A DNA stretch of 64,000 nt from Candidatus Spongiisociaceae bacterium (GTDB lineage Bacteria > Actinomycetota > Acidimicrobiia > Spongiisociales > Spongiisociaceae). The notes under the pieces were generated by a model. The model did not search any database. It saw only the letters and a program-made list of their open reading frames with translations, and was not told the DNA's origin. The DNA lies in contig CBDCOH010000002.1 in NCBI GenBank assembly GCA_965219685.1, positions 1,664,001 to 1,728,000 of the forward strand, written 5' to 3'. How positions within the stretch are numbered: position 1 is the stretch's first letter; every line of letters begins with the position of its first letter. The position numbers and the translations under genes were made by a program. This document shows, piece by piece, positions 49,413 through 59,200 of this stretch.

Positions 49413-50434
49413 CAGGCCTCGTCGCGCTCGACGAACACCCGGTAGGTCGGCTCGGAGGTCACGTGGCTCAAAGCGTCGCCGACCTTGCTGAACGGGTATC
49501 TGGCGGTGACGAGGCGGTCCAGGTCCGCAGCCATGATCCCGGAACGCAGGAGGGTCGAGGTATTCCGCCAGTCCTCGGGCTCCTGGTTGTAGGCCCCGAC
49601 GATCGATATCTCCTGTCGATGGCACCGGTCGGCGCCGATGGTGACCCGTAACTCGGGGTCGAAGGAACTGTAGAGCACGACCGCACCCCCGACATCGGCC
49701 AGGTCGACGGCCAGGTCGACGCCTCCCATCGCCGCGACGAACACCACGTCCTGCGTGCCGCCCATCTCGGCTGCCTCCTCGGGTGTCGCCACCCAATCGG
49801 CGCCTGCCACGGTGGCCTCTTCCCGGCGCTCGCCGGATGGATCGACCACCCCGATGCTCGAAGCCCCGCCCACGCGCGTCAACGCCAGGTGGAGGCGTCC
49901 CATGACACCTCCCCCGATGATCGCGACGCGGTCGCCCGACCTGAAACCACTTCGACGGACCGAGTGGACGCAGCAGGCGATCGGCTCCCCCATCGCCGCA
50001 TGGACCATGGGGGTGTCACCCACCGGATACACCGACCTGGCGTCTATGGCGATCGTCTCGGTGAATCCTCCGAAGCTGAACGTGCCGTCGGCCAGCGCCC
50101 TGCCTTGCGGGTATGAGCAGAGCGCGGTACGGCCCCTACGGCACGGACCGCACGTGAGGCACCGGGTGAGCAGGTCGAGGGTCACCCGGTCACCGACCCG
50201 GGGCGAGCCCGCCAGCCCTCTCACTCGTGCGCCGGCTGCCACGACGACCCCGGCGGCCTCGTGACCGGCCGAGACCGGATACCAGCGCTTGTCGCCCGAG
50301 AAGAGGCGCCGCTCGAACGTGCAGACGCCGCACACCGCCACATCGACGATCACCTGATCGTCACCGGGGACGGGATAGGGCTCCTGGCGGATCTCCACCT
50401 GTCCCGGTCCCGTGATAACCGCTGATCTCACCAT
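49412..50434 (-). CDS. Zinc-dependent (MDR) alcohol/polyol dehydrogenase
   Basis: CGVC, GHE, CLTCGPC...C, GGGVMG. Confidence 0.88.
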   Translation of the reverse strand: MVRSAVITGPGQVEIRQEPYPVPGDDQVIVDVAVCGVCTFERRLFSGDKRWYPVSAGHEAAGVVVAAGARVRGLAGSPRVGDRVTLDLLTRCLTCGPCRRGRTALCSYPQGRALADGTFSFGGFTETIAIDARSVYPVGDTPMVHAAMGEPIACCVHSVRRSGFRSGDRVAIIGGGVMGRLHLALTRVGGASSIGVVDPSGERREEATVAGADWVATPEEAAEMGGTQDVVFVAAMGGVDLAVDLADVGGAVVLYSSFDPELRVTIGADRCHRQEISIVGAYNQEPEDWRNTSTLLRSGIMAADLDRLVTARYPFSKVGDALSHVTSEPTYRVFVERDEA

Positions 50435-50510
50435 GCCTCCCACATCATGCATGGTCCCGTACGGACTGGAATGACCGTAGCAGTCAGCACCGGCCACATC
50501 CCTCCCTTCC

Positions 50511-51446
50511 CTACCGGTCCTCTCGGGTCTGAGTTGCTTGCCCGCGGGCCTCCCTCGTACGGAGAAGGTCCTTCGTCACCACCGCGGCCACCACCAGGCC
50601 TCCCCCGAGGATGATCCCGGGCTGTAGCTGCTCGTCCAGCACCACGACACCGGTGAAGACCGCGACGAGCGGGATGATGTAGGAGATGATCGTGGAGTAC
50701 GTAACGGTGACGTGACGGATCAGGAAGTAGAACAGACCGAGCGGAACCAACGATCCGACGGTACCCACGTACAGGAGACTGAGCCCGCCGACCCGCGTCA
50801 GCGCATCCGGAATACCTTCCACGAGCACCGCGGAGAGGGTCAACCCGGCAGCACCCAGCCCGAGTTGCACCCCGGTCACTCCCATTACCGAGTACTGGCC
50901 GGAGTACCGCTTGGCGAACACCGCCGCGAGCGCAATCGATGTGACTCTGATCATCGAGAAGGCTCCGGCAAGCCGAGGGTTGCCTCCCTCGGCTATACCC
51001 GAATCCCCGCCCAACACGAGTATCCCCGCACCTCCAAGCCCGAGAAGCAACCCGACCACGGTGCTCAGCCTGATCCGCTCATCCGCCAGCATGAAGTGCG
51101 CGAACACCACAGTGACGATGGGGATCAGGACGTTCACGAGGATCACGAAACCGGCCGAGGCATGCTGGAGCGCCAAGTTGCGGGTCTGGGAAGGGATCAG
51201 CACGCTCAACACCGCCAGGACTGCACCGATGCGGAGTTCGTTGCGTCCGATGAGGTTGGGCCGCCGCAACACGAGCATCATGATGAGCATCCCGAAGGCT
51301 GCGATCAGCGACCCGGCGGCGCCTATGGTGATCGGGCCCAGTCCTTCCCGCAGAGCGATCCGTACCACCACCGGCGACGTTCCCCAGCAGAAACTTATGA
51401 CCAGCACCACCGCCCAAATACGACGGTCCGTCATCTGCAAGGCCAT
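50511..51446 (-). CDS. DMT/EamA family transporter
   Basis: About 10 TM segments in two EamA repeats; paralog of 54593-55552. Confidence 0.85.
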   Translation of the reverse strand: MALQMTDRRIWAVVLVISFCWGTSPVVVRIALREGLGPITIGAAGSLIAAFGMLIMMLVLRRPNLIGRNELRIGAVLAVLSVLIPSQTRNLALQHASAGFVILVNVLIPIVTVVFAHFMLADERIRLSTVVGLLLGLGGAGILVLGGDSGIAEGGNPRLAGAFSMIRVTSIALAAVFAKRYSGQYSVMGVTGVQLGLGAAGLTLSAVLVEGIPDALTRVGGLSLLYVGTVGSLVPLGLFYFLIRHVTVTYSTIISYIIPLVAVFTGVVVLDEQLQPGIILGGGLVVAAVVTKDLLRTREARGQATQTREDR

Positions 51447-51568
51447 GACATCCCTACCGTTCGGAGGGCCGGCACCGTGAATTCCCCAGCTCGATACGCC
51501 TTGGCGACCGCGGGCTTCCGGAACCGGTGGCGGGTGTTCAGCGGCCGCGAGGTTTCAGTTCGCGTACC

Positions 51569-52021
51569 TCACGCTCGGTACATCGCCACCCATTCGATGA
51601 TCTCGTCCACATCGGCCGACAGCTCCATCAGGCCGACGTGTTCGTCGTAGAGCTCGCCGTCGATCTGCTCCTTGATCTCCGGCTCCAGTACGTGATATAC
51701 GGGAAGTCCCAACGGGACTCCGGCCAAAGGACCCGCCCAGGTAGGATCGCCCCTCGTCACCGTCTCCGCGAAGAGACCGGCGCTGTTGGCGTCCGGTTGT
51801 CCCAGCAACACGACCATGTCGTCGGTGCCGGAGGTCTCGGCCAAGCGATTCACGTTCGCCTGATCCTCCAGGTCCATGGCGCCGCCCGCCGTTCAGACGA
51901 AGCACTGGGTGACGCTGAACACCACATCGGCGCCGGCCGACTCGGCCAGCAGCTTGAGGCTGGGTCCGTTGACCCCCTCCCGCTCGCCGATCGCCACCAC
52001 CCTCTTACCGTCCAGGTCCAT
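51569..52021 (-). CDS. grdA: Glycine/sarcosine/betaine reductase selenoprotein A (in-frame UGA = Sec at codon 43)
   Basis: A single frame reads MDLDGKRVVAIGEREGV...TQCFV-U-TAGGAMDLEDQ...AETVTRGDPTWAGPLAGVPLGL; the TGA is at 51893-51895. Confidence 0.93.
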
Positions 52022-52122
52022 ATGCCGTTCTCCAATCATTCCGGAACCCGAGTACATGGCAGGGTACCGCAGACTCGAGCGGATCTACGAGGAACGACTG
52101 CGCCGAGGCCCTCCCCTGATCG

Positions 52123-52225
52123 AATCCGACCGGACGCGAGTGATGTGGAGGATGGTAAATGATCCGACCTACGGTAACTATCGATTGTCAACTATAGACT
52201 ACAGACCATCGACTAGGAACTAGTC
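52123..52225 (-). repeat. Partial copy of the MITE-like family
   Basis: GACTAGTTCCTAGTC, heptamer units, TACCATCCTCC and TCCGGTCGGAT are shared with the 21654 copy; the right TIR is missing. Confidence 0.65.
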
Positions 52226-52642
52226 TTACAGCCTGAGCACCGCGGCGTCGGGTGATTCGGGCCGGGGACCGAGAGTCTGGTTCCGGCAGTCGGCGACCAG
52301 GTCGAGTTCCTCCATGACGATCTGGCCGATCAACGCTTCCGTGCCGGGCGGCGCCACGACGCAGCGAGCGAACGTCCACCGATCACCGATATACACGGTC
52401 AGGGAGCCGCCGATCGGTAGTTCACCACGCCTACCGTCCGCGTAGGCGACGGGAGCGCTACCGATGACCTCGACACCGAGCCGCTCTACGACATCCCCGG
52501 GGAGCGCGAGCATCACCGCTCCAGTGTCTGCCACGGCTGTGGCGGTGGTCCGGCGAACATCGGCATCCTTGAGCAGTCCCTGCTTGACCAGCTCGAGGTC
52601 TCCCACATTCTCCAGCCCGACCTCAACTGCGATCTCACCCAT
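52226..52642 (-). CDS. Clan AA (retropepsin-like) aspartyl protease
   Basis: ADTGA catalytic motif; ALIGQIVMEELDL. Confidence 0.82.
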   Translation of the reverse strand: MGEIAVEVGLENVGDLELVKQGLLKDADVRRTTATAVADTGAVMLALPGDVVERLGVEVIGSAPVAYADGRRGELPIGGSLTVYIGDRWTFARCVVAPPGTEALIGQIVMEELDLVADCRNQTLGPRPESPDAAVLRL

Positions 52643-52808
52643 CGCTTCCATCCATGTCCGCTTCCGACCCTATCCAGCTGCACGTACTCCCTGGCAGTGC
52701 GGTTTTCTAACTATCGTTGTCATATATAAACATGTATTTCATGCTTGTGGTATTGCTCATGTCTGCCCCGAATCCTCCGAAGCGGTGACTCGTTCTTGTC
52801 GCCACCGG

Positions 52809-54221
52809 TCACTCGACCACGAACGACACCCCATCCACCAGCTGCGTCATCCTCCCGAGGAACAGGCTGCCCTTGGCAACGATCATGGCCCTGTCCACCT
52901 CTCCCCTGCGCAGCGCCTGCTGTGCATGGCCCAGGTAAGGAACTCCGGCGGGGATATGGCCTTGCGTCGGTGCGAAACCGGGCATGCCGCGCTCGGATAC
53001 GAACCGGTCGATGTCTCCTCTGGGGATCTCGCCCCGCAGCACCGCCATGGCGGCCAATGTCCGGTAGTTGGTACGGGGAACGTCGCCGCTCCCTCCCGGT
53101 ACGGTGATCTCGGGGTTGTGCATCTCCACCGCATACCGATCGATGTCGGTCATCCCGAGGCCGGCCCGGACCAGCGGCTCGACCACCAACGCCTCGTAGA
53201 CGGCGCGCGGGGACGACCCGGCGCCGATCGGGTGCTTACCGGTCAGGTCGAGCCGCAGCCGCATGCCGTCTCCGTCGGCGGGGCCGACCAGGAAAGCCAT
53301 GGAGGCCAGGCAGTCCTCCATGACCGGTACGCCGTTGCGGAGGTGGGCGGCGAACTTCATGCCGAGTTTGGCCTGCGAACCGCCGCCCAGGACCAGGACG
53401 TAGTCGTACAGTCCCGCGGCGATCATCGCCCCGGCCGAGATCAAAGCATGGACCGGAGCGGCGCAGAAGGCCTTGACATCCGAACCGGTGGCGTTCACGC
53501 ATCCGACCACTTCCCCGACAGCCTTGGACAGGCTGCCGCCACCCCGCTGGTAGCGGTCCCCTACCGCCTCCTCACCGCTGTTGAGCAGGTAGTCGACCCG
53601 GGACGCCGCCAGGTTGCCCCTCCTCAGGAGATCGGAAACGACCAGGACCGCGGTAGCTTTGCAGACCAGGTTCTCGAGCAGAACCGGCGCCGACAGCGAC
53701 TCATCCTGCTCGTGGGCGGTACGGATGAACCCTGCCACGCGGCCCCCGTGGTATAGCCGGAGGCCGGTGCCACCGTCCACGACTGACCTCAACTCAGAGG
53801 GACCGACCCCGACTATCCGGTCGGTCCGGTGGGGGAAGTCACCGATCTCCGCCCTGGCCTGCGCAGCCAGTTCCTCATCGATGGTGAGCAGATCGAAGTC
53901 GTCGCACGACTTCATGAGGCCGTAGAGCGCGGCCTGGGTGATCATCCGCCCGAAGGATCCGGAGGGTCCGGCTGACGGAACCGGATTCCGGTACCAGGGC
54001 CGGGGGATGGAATCCAGTTGATCGGGCTGGAGGTTGCCGATGAAGACCTGGTTGGGAGGGTACCGGACCACCTCTTCCCAGGGTCGCAGGGCCTCGGTCA
54101 TCGAGGCAAGAAGCGACGGGTCCCTTTCGATCTCTCGGACGGGCTTCGATCCGTATCGCACGAGGTCGGGGGCGTGGGCCAGCGCGTAGGACGTGTTGAG
54201 GATGGCGGGTTCCCGTATCAA
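52809..54221 (-). CDS. grdC: Glycine/sarcosine/betaine reductase component C, GrdC subunit
   Basis: AHEQDESL, LENLVCKA, EEAVGDRYQRGGG, TGSDVKAFCAAP, PGFAPTQGHI, KGSLFLGRMT. TTG start follows GGAGA. Confidence 0.9.
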   Translation of the reverse strand: MIREPAILNTSYALAHAPDLVRYGSKPVREIERDPSLLASMTEALRPWEEVVRYPPNQVFIGNLQPDQLDSIPRPWYRNPVPSAGPSGSFGRMITQAALYGLMKSCDDFDLLTIDEELAAQARAEIGDFPHRTDRIVGVGPSELRSVVDGGTGLRLYHGGRVAGFIRTAHEQDESLSAPVLLENLVCKATAVLVVSDLLRRGNLAASRVDYLLNSGEEAVGDRYQRGGGSLSKAVGEVVGCVNATGSDVKAFCAAPVHALISAGAMIAAGLYDYVLVLGGGSQAKLGMKFAAHLRNGVPVMEDCLASMAFLVGPADGDGMRLRLDLTGKHPIGAGSSPRAVYEALVVEPLVRAGLGMTDIDRYAVEMHNPEITVPGGSGDVPRTNYRTLAAMAVLRGEIPRGDIDRFVSERGMPGFAPTQGHIPAGVPYLGHAQQALRRGEVDRAMIVAKGSLFLGRMTQLVDGVSFVVE

Positions 54222-54338
54222 AGTGCAGTCTCCATGGTCACGGGACACGCCAATACACGGGTCCGCGGATACTCGGAGCCCGAAGGGTAGTGGCAGCCCG
54301 TGCAGGCACCGGCCGCCGCCGGATCGGCGATGCGCTAG

Positions 54339-54592
54339 ATGACTAGTTCCTAGTCGGTAGTCTATAGTTTCTAGTTGGGGATCGGTGGTTAACGTTAATT
54401 CGGATCGTTTACCATCGTACATAGCACTGTTTGAGTCTCGCGTTTGCGCAGTGGGGTGGCTCTTCACGAAACGGCAGCCCGTAGTCCGAGTGTCCAGGAA
54501 CAGGGGCACACCAGTCACAGATGCGTTGTACAGCGTTGTGTAGCGATCGTAGAGTTCGGTCGTTTCCGGTCAGATCCCTTGGAACTACTCGT
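54339..54592 (+). mobile_element. MITE-like element, long copy (254 bp)
   Basis: CTAG|ATGACTAGTTCC...GGAACTACTCGT|CTAG; the right CTAG contains the DMT stop codon. Confidence 0.75.
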
Positions 54593-55552
54593 CTAGGAGG
54601 CGGCTTCCTGCCTGGAATCGCGGATCCGTACCAGGTCGGTGACCACCACGCCGAGCAGGACCAGCACGCCACCCACGACAATGCCCGGCTGTATCTGCTC
54701 GTCCAGCACCAGCACACCACCGACCACGGCGACGAAAGGCACGATGTAGGCGGTGATCGCCGAATAGGTAACTGTGACGTGGCGAATGAGGAGGAAGTAG
54801 AGAGCCAGCGGGACGAGATTACCCATCAGCCCGACATACGCCACGCTCATGCCGCCCACCGACGAGAGGCTTCCAGGTGTCCCTTCGAATACCAAGGCCA
54901 GCAGCAACAGCACTGTACCCCCGAGAGCCAACTGAACTCCGGTGACCGCCAGCACCGAGTAGCGGCCCGCATACCGCTTGGCGTACACGGCTGCGAAGGC
55001 CACCGACACCACACTCGCCAGTGCCAACCCACCGGCCAGCGGTGGGTTTCCACCCCCGGCAATGCCCGAGTCGCCTCCGAGCAGCAGTACGGCCACCCCA
55101 CCGAGACCGAGGGTAAGCCCGAAGAGAACCGGTGCCTTGAGGCGCTCGTTCGAGAGCATGAAGTGAGCCACAGCCGCGGTGCAGAGCGGGATGAGAGCGC
55201 TCACCAGCGCCACGAATCCGGCGGAGGCGTTCGCCAGAGCCAGGTTGCGGGTCTGGTAAGGGAGCAGGATGGCCAGAATCGCCAGCGCCCCACCCACCCG
55301 CCACTCGAGCGGACCGAGCAGCCTCCCTGCGTGCAGACCACCGGTGAAGACCACGATCGCCAGCGCTGCGACCAACGAGGAACCCGACGCGACGGTGAGC
55401 GGCCCCAAGCCCTCCCGCAGGGCGACCCGGATCCCCACGGGTGACGTGCCCCATCCGAAGCTGATCACCAGCAGTAGTGCCCAGATCGCGTAGTTAGAGG
55501 AGAAGAACCTCGCTGCGTAGGAAGGTGCAGTCGGGCGGTGGCGAAGGATCAC
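54593..55552 (-). CDS. DMT/EamA family transporter
   Basis: WGTSPV, AHFMLSNER, about 10 TM segments; start uncertain. Confidence 0.85.
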   Translation of the reverse strand: MILRHRPTAPSYAARFFSSNYAIWALLLVISFGWGTSPVGIRVALREGLGPLTVASGSSLVAALAIVVFTGGLHAGRLLGPLEWRVGGALAILAILLPYQTRNLALANASAGFVALVSALIPLCTAAVAHFMLSNERLKAPVLFGLTLGLGGVAVLLLGGDSGIAGGGNPPLAGGLALASVVSVAFAAVYAKRYAGRYSVLAVTGVQLALGGTVLLLLALVFEGTPGSLSSVGGMSVAYVGLMGNLVPLALYFLLIRHVTVTYSAITAYIVPFVAVVGGVLVLDEQIQPGIVVGGVLVLLGVVVTDLVRIRDSRQEAAS

Positions 55553-55643
55553 AGATCACCGGTACGGACCGGGCACGTCGGGGTGCCGTAGGCAACCGCC
55601 GACCTGGTGTCCCGACGGTCAGCCAAGGGGAACCCGGAGAAGC

Positions 55644-56015
55644 TCATCCACGAAACGCCGGACGTAGGGGATAGTCCTCCTGCCGGCCCGTATCGCCGGG
55701 CTGGATGACGAAGTCCCGCCGATCACGGTAGAGGCCGGCGCGGTTGAGCACGTAGTTGACCCCCGACTTCATGTCGTCCCAGTGGGTCATCAACCAGTAC
55801 TTGTGGTCTCCGATGAACAGATAGGTGTTGTTCATTCGGAAGAAGCGGCCGGTCACGCCCTCGCCTGCGCGGAACCGCTCGCAGACCGCCTCGAGAAGCT
55901 CCTGCTGCCCGTCCTTCTCGGAGAGCACGTACTCGTGAGGCCAGGTCTCCCGGTAGGTAACCGCTTCCCGCCAGGGAGCACGGGAGATGAGGTCGGTCAA
56001 CGTGGATGCCGTCAC
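55644..56015 (-). CDS. Hypothetical protein
   Basis: 123 aa, GTGA-coupled to the macro domain gene; protein-like composition (WPHEY, HKYW). Confidence 0.65.
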   Translation of the reverse strand: MTASTLTDLISRAPWREAVTYRETWPHEYVLSEKDGQQELLEAVCERFRAGEGVTGRFFRMNNTYLFIGDHKYWLMTHWDDMKSGVNYVLNRAGLYRDRRDFVIQPGDTGRQEDYPLRPAFRG

Positions 56016-56575
56016 CTCGAGTCACTCCCTGTTGCCTGTCCGGCCGCGATCGCCCACTCCAAGCCCCGCCGGAATGCGTCTGCGGTCCGGCCGTCGTAGC
56101 CCACCAACCGGATCTCTTGCAACACGCCAGGATGCTGCTGGACCCATCGGATGCACTCCGAGGCTATCACCTCGGTAGCGGCCTCGATCGGATAGCCGAA
56201 CACCCCCGTCGAGATGGCCGGCATGGCCACTGTCTCAGCGCCGATCCGCGCCGAGGCGTCGAGAGCCGCCAGAACGGCCTCCCGCAGTAGAGCCGGGTTG
56301 TCCTGCCCCTCCCTGTAGCGGGGACCCACGACGTGCACGACCCATGTCGCCTGCAACCCGCCACCGACAGTGACCGCCGCTTCGCCGGGCGGGATCGGGC
56401 CGTGCTCCGCTACCCACCGGTCGGAGTCCGCCACGAACTCCTCACCTCCGACCGCCGCCAGAGCAGCCGCCAGCCCGCCGCCGTGACGGAGGTACTCGTT
56501 GGCAGCGTTGACGATCACATCGACGCATGCCGCCGTGAGGTCCCCCTGGGACACCTTGACTACCTGATCCTCCAA
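56012..56575 (-). CDS. Macro domain (ADP-ribose-binding/hydrolase) protein
   Basis: GDLT, IVNAAN, HGGG, HVVGP, PAISTGVFGYP. TTG start follows GGAGGAG. Confidence 0.9.
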   Translation of the reverse strand: MEDQVVKVSQGDLTAACVDVIVNAANEYLRHGGGLAAALAAVGGEEFVADSDRWVAEHGPIPPGEAAVTVGGGLQATWVVHVVGPRYREGQDNPALLREAVLAALDASARIGAETVAMPAISTGVFGYPIEAATEVIASECIRWVQQHPGVLQEIRLVGYDGRTADAFRRGLEWAIAAGQATGSDSR

Positions 56576-56804
56576 CTGTCCTTCTCCTCCTCGTGTGTTG
56601 CGGCTCGATGTTCCACCACCGATCCGGACCTTACCGAGACCATGTGACACATCACGCGCGCAGCCTCTGCGATCTTCGCGGCCCGAACCGCCGCGGTGTG
56701 TCACGCGCCTCCGATCGCGGGTCCGGGCGCCAGGAACCGGGGCATCCGATGGGTAGGGTGATGGTCTGCATCAGCACGCCGAGACGGGAGTTGGGCGAGG
56801 CAGG

Positions 56805-58424
56805 ATGGCGAAGCGGCTCAAGTACTGGGGATGGGGATACGAAGGCCTAGGACTCTCGACCTCGGACCGGGATGCCCTGCTCCACACCCTCGCAACCGAG
56901 TACGGCGTCACCGCCAGGGGAACCGGGAAGATACCCGCTCTCGACGGTATGGCCCTTCCCCCTAGCCGTCTCGAACCGCCGGCACGCCTCGCATCCATTT
57001 GCACGCAGGAGCCGTACGAGCGGGTCCTGCACAGCTTCGGCCAGTCCCAGCCCGACTCGATCCGCATCTTCGCTGGTGACTTCGGCCACGCTCCCGATGT
57101 GGTCGCCTACCCGCGGGACGAGACCGACGTGGCGGCGCTGCTGGAGTGGGCGGGTGAGCGAGGGTCTGCACTGATTCCGTTCGGCGGCGGGTCGTCGGTG
57201 GTGGGCGGGGTGACACCGGACGTGGCTGACGGTTTCGCCGGAGTCGTCACCATGGACATGAGCCGCATGAACCGGGTTCTGGAGGTGGACACGCTGTCGC
57301 GGGCCGCGCGCATCCAGGGCGGGGCACGCGGACCCGAACTCGAGGCTGCGCTCAAACCCCACGGGGTGACGCTCCGCCACTTCCCCCAGTCCTTCCAGCA
57401 CTCCACCTTGGGAGGCTGGATCGCCACCCGGTCGGGCGGCCACTTCGCCACCCTCTACACCCACATCGACGACCTGGTCGAGAACGTATCCATGGTCACG
57501 CCCGCGGGCCGGATGGAGTCGCGGCGGCTGCCGGGGTCGGGAGCCGGTCCGAGTCCCGACCGCCTCGTCATCGGCTCCGAGGGTGCCCTGGGAATCATCA
57601 CCGAAGCCTGGGTGAGGGTACAGGGGCGGGTGAGGTTCAAGGCGACTGCCGGATTCCGGTTCCCGGACTTCATCCAGGCCGCCGGAGCGGTGCGGGCGAT
57701 CGCCCAAGCCGGCCTGTTCCCCGCCAACGTGAGAATCGTGGACGGGGTCGAACTGCACGTGAACGGCGCCGGGGATGGTTCGTTCACCCTGATGGTGGTT
57801 TCCTTCGAGTCCGCCGACCGCCCCGTCGACACGTGGATGGACCTCGCGGAGGAGTGCGCCCTGGATCAGGGCGGGGTGCCGGATGCCGACTGGCGGACCA
57901 ATCCGGACGCCCACCTGACCGGCGCCGCGGGCGCCTGGCGTGACGCCTTCATCAGAATGCCCTACAACCGGGAGGTCCTCACCCCGCTCGGCATCATCTC
58001 GGACACCTTCGAGTCGTCCATCACCTGGGACCGATTCGAGTCGTTCTACCGCAACGTCAGCCAGGCCACCCAGGATGTCATCCGCGAGGCGACCGGCCGG
58101 GAAGGCGCCGTGTCGTGCCGGTTCAGCCACGCCTATCCGGACGGTCCCGCCCCCTACTTCGCCTTCCACTGCGCCGCCGACCCGCGCTCGATGCTCGATC
58201 AATGGTGGGAGATCAAGCGCGCCGCCTCCGACGCCGTGCTCGACAACGGCGGCACCATCACCCACCACCACGCCGTCGGCCGCGATCACCAACCGTGGTA
58301 CGAGAAACAACGACCGCCGCTGTTCGGAGACGTCCTGGCCCGTGCCAAGACACACCTGGACCCGAAAGGAATCCTCAACCCCGGCGTGCTGCTACGTGGA
58401 CCCATGGCCGCAGTCGTTCCGTAG
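56805..58424 (+). CDS. FAD-binding oxidoreductase (alkyl-DHAP synthase-like)
   Basis: PFGGGSSVVGG, HFPQSF, GSEG, THHHAVG, DPKGILNPG. Confidence 0.88.
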   Translation: MAKRLKYWGWGYEGLGLSTSDRDALLHTLATEYGVTARGTGKIPALDGMALPPSRLEPPARLASICTQEPYERVLHSFGQSQPDSIRIFAGDFGHAPDVVAYPRDETDVAALLEWAGERGSALIPFGGGSSVVGGVTPDVADGFAGVVTMDMSRMNRVLEVDTLSRAARIQGGARGPELEAALKPHGVTLRHFPQSFQHSTLGGWIATRSGGHFATLYTHIDDLVENVSMVTPAGRMESRRLPGSGAGPSPDRLVIGSEGALGIITEAWVRVQGRVRFKATAGFRFPDFIQAAGAVRAIAQAGLFPANVRIVDGVELHVNGAGDGSFTLMVVSFESADRPVDTWMDLAEECALDQGGVPDADWRTNPDAHLTGAAGAWRDAFIRMPYNREVLTPLGIISDTFESSITWDRFESFYRNVSQATQDVIREATGREGAVSCRFSHAYPDGPAPYFAFHCAADPRSMLDQWWEIKRAASDAVLDNGGTITHHHAVGRDHQPWYEKQRPPLFGDVLARAKTHLDPKGILNPGVLLRGPMAAVVP

Positions 58425-58438
58425 GATTGAGAAACGCG

Positions 58439-59200
58439 CTACCGCTTAGCGTCGCCGGAGCATTGATTCTCGAATCCGGGACCCTGAGCGCGCCAGGTAC
58501 TCGTGTCCCAATTGAGGGCATAGTTGTCGTCCGCGATGTTCCTCGCGTAGGCTATTGATCCACAACTCTCACACTCCGCAGCAAACGTCCTCTGATGCTC
58601 GCTACTGCTAATGCGCGCTTCTCGGAACTGCCCGAGCCGATGACCCAGCTTTCCTGCTTTTGCTATGACATCGCCCGGAACGGGGCTAGGGACAGGCCTC
58701 TTAAGCGGCGTACGTGTCTTCGGCTTAGGAACCGCAATGCGTCGCACGCGTCGTCCCGAGGGAGCGGACGAAGATGGACTACCGGTCTTGACGGACCCAC
58801 GGGGTGTTGGTGCTGGAGGGTTGGTGCGAGCTCCCTGCGGCATGGAAGGCCTTGAGGAGGGAGACCGAGACCTCGAAGCGGGTTCAGTGTGGACAGGGGG
58901 ATCCGATTCAGTGTGGATAGGGGGATCCGGCTCGGTTCGCGGCACCGCAGGAGGAGAGTCCACCTGGGGCGGAATCGGAGTCGGCGCCGGTGCTTCGGAT
59001 CTCTTCTGGCCTACACCCGGCCGAAGCCGGAACAGTCGGCGAGCCCATGAAGAGCGGCTCTCGCCCCGACGCTTATCTCGTCGGGCACGGTCTCCACGCA
59101 CTCTGCGGGTCGGGCCTTCGAGACCTTGTTCCAACTCCTCCGGGGTTGGAACGTAGAACTCATCGGCCTGTCGACGGGGGTCCGTATCTGTCACAACCAC
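58439..59200 (-). CDS. Hypothetical protein: long Pro/Arg-rich region with a C-terminal His/CxxC domain
   Basis: Overlaps the Hsp70-like stop codon; C-terminal LGH...CESC...C. Confidence 0.6.
   Translation of the reverse strand: MVVTDTDPRRQADEFYVPTPEELEQGLEGPTRRVRGDRARRDKRRGESRSSWARRLFRLRPGVGQKRSEAPAPTPIPPQVDSPPAVPRTEPDPPIHTESDPPVHTEPASRSRSPSSRPSMPQGARTNPPAPTPRGSVKTGSPSSSAPSGRRVRRIAVPKPKTRTPLKRPVPSPVPGDVIAKAGKLGHRLGQFREARISSSEHQRTFAAECESCGSIAYARNIADDNYALNWDTSTWRAQGPGFENQCSGDAKR

Noticed and set aside
51893-51895. Nonsense mutation making grdA a pseudogene
   Set aside because: The UGA falls exactly at the conserved Sec position and both halves are intact.
54222-54518. N-terminal extension of GrdC in the ORF track (likewise 45509-45604 for the ATPase)
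   Set aside because: The extension runs through the MITE-like element; family similarity begins downstream.
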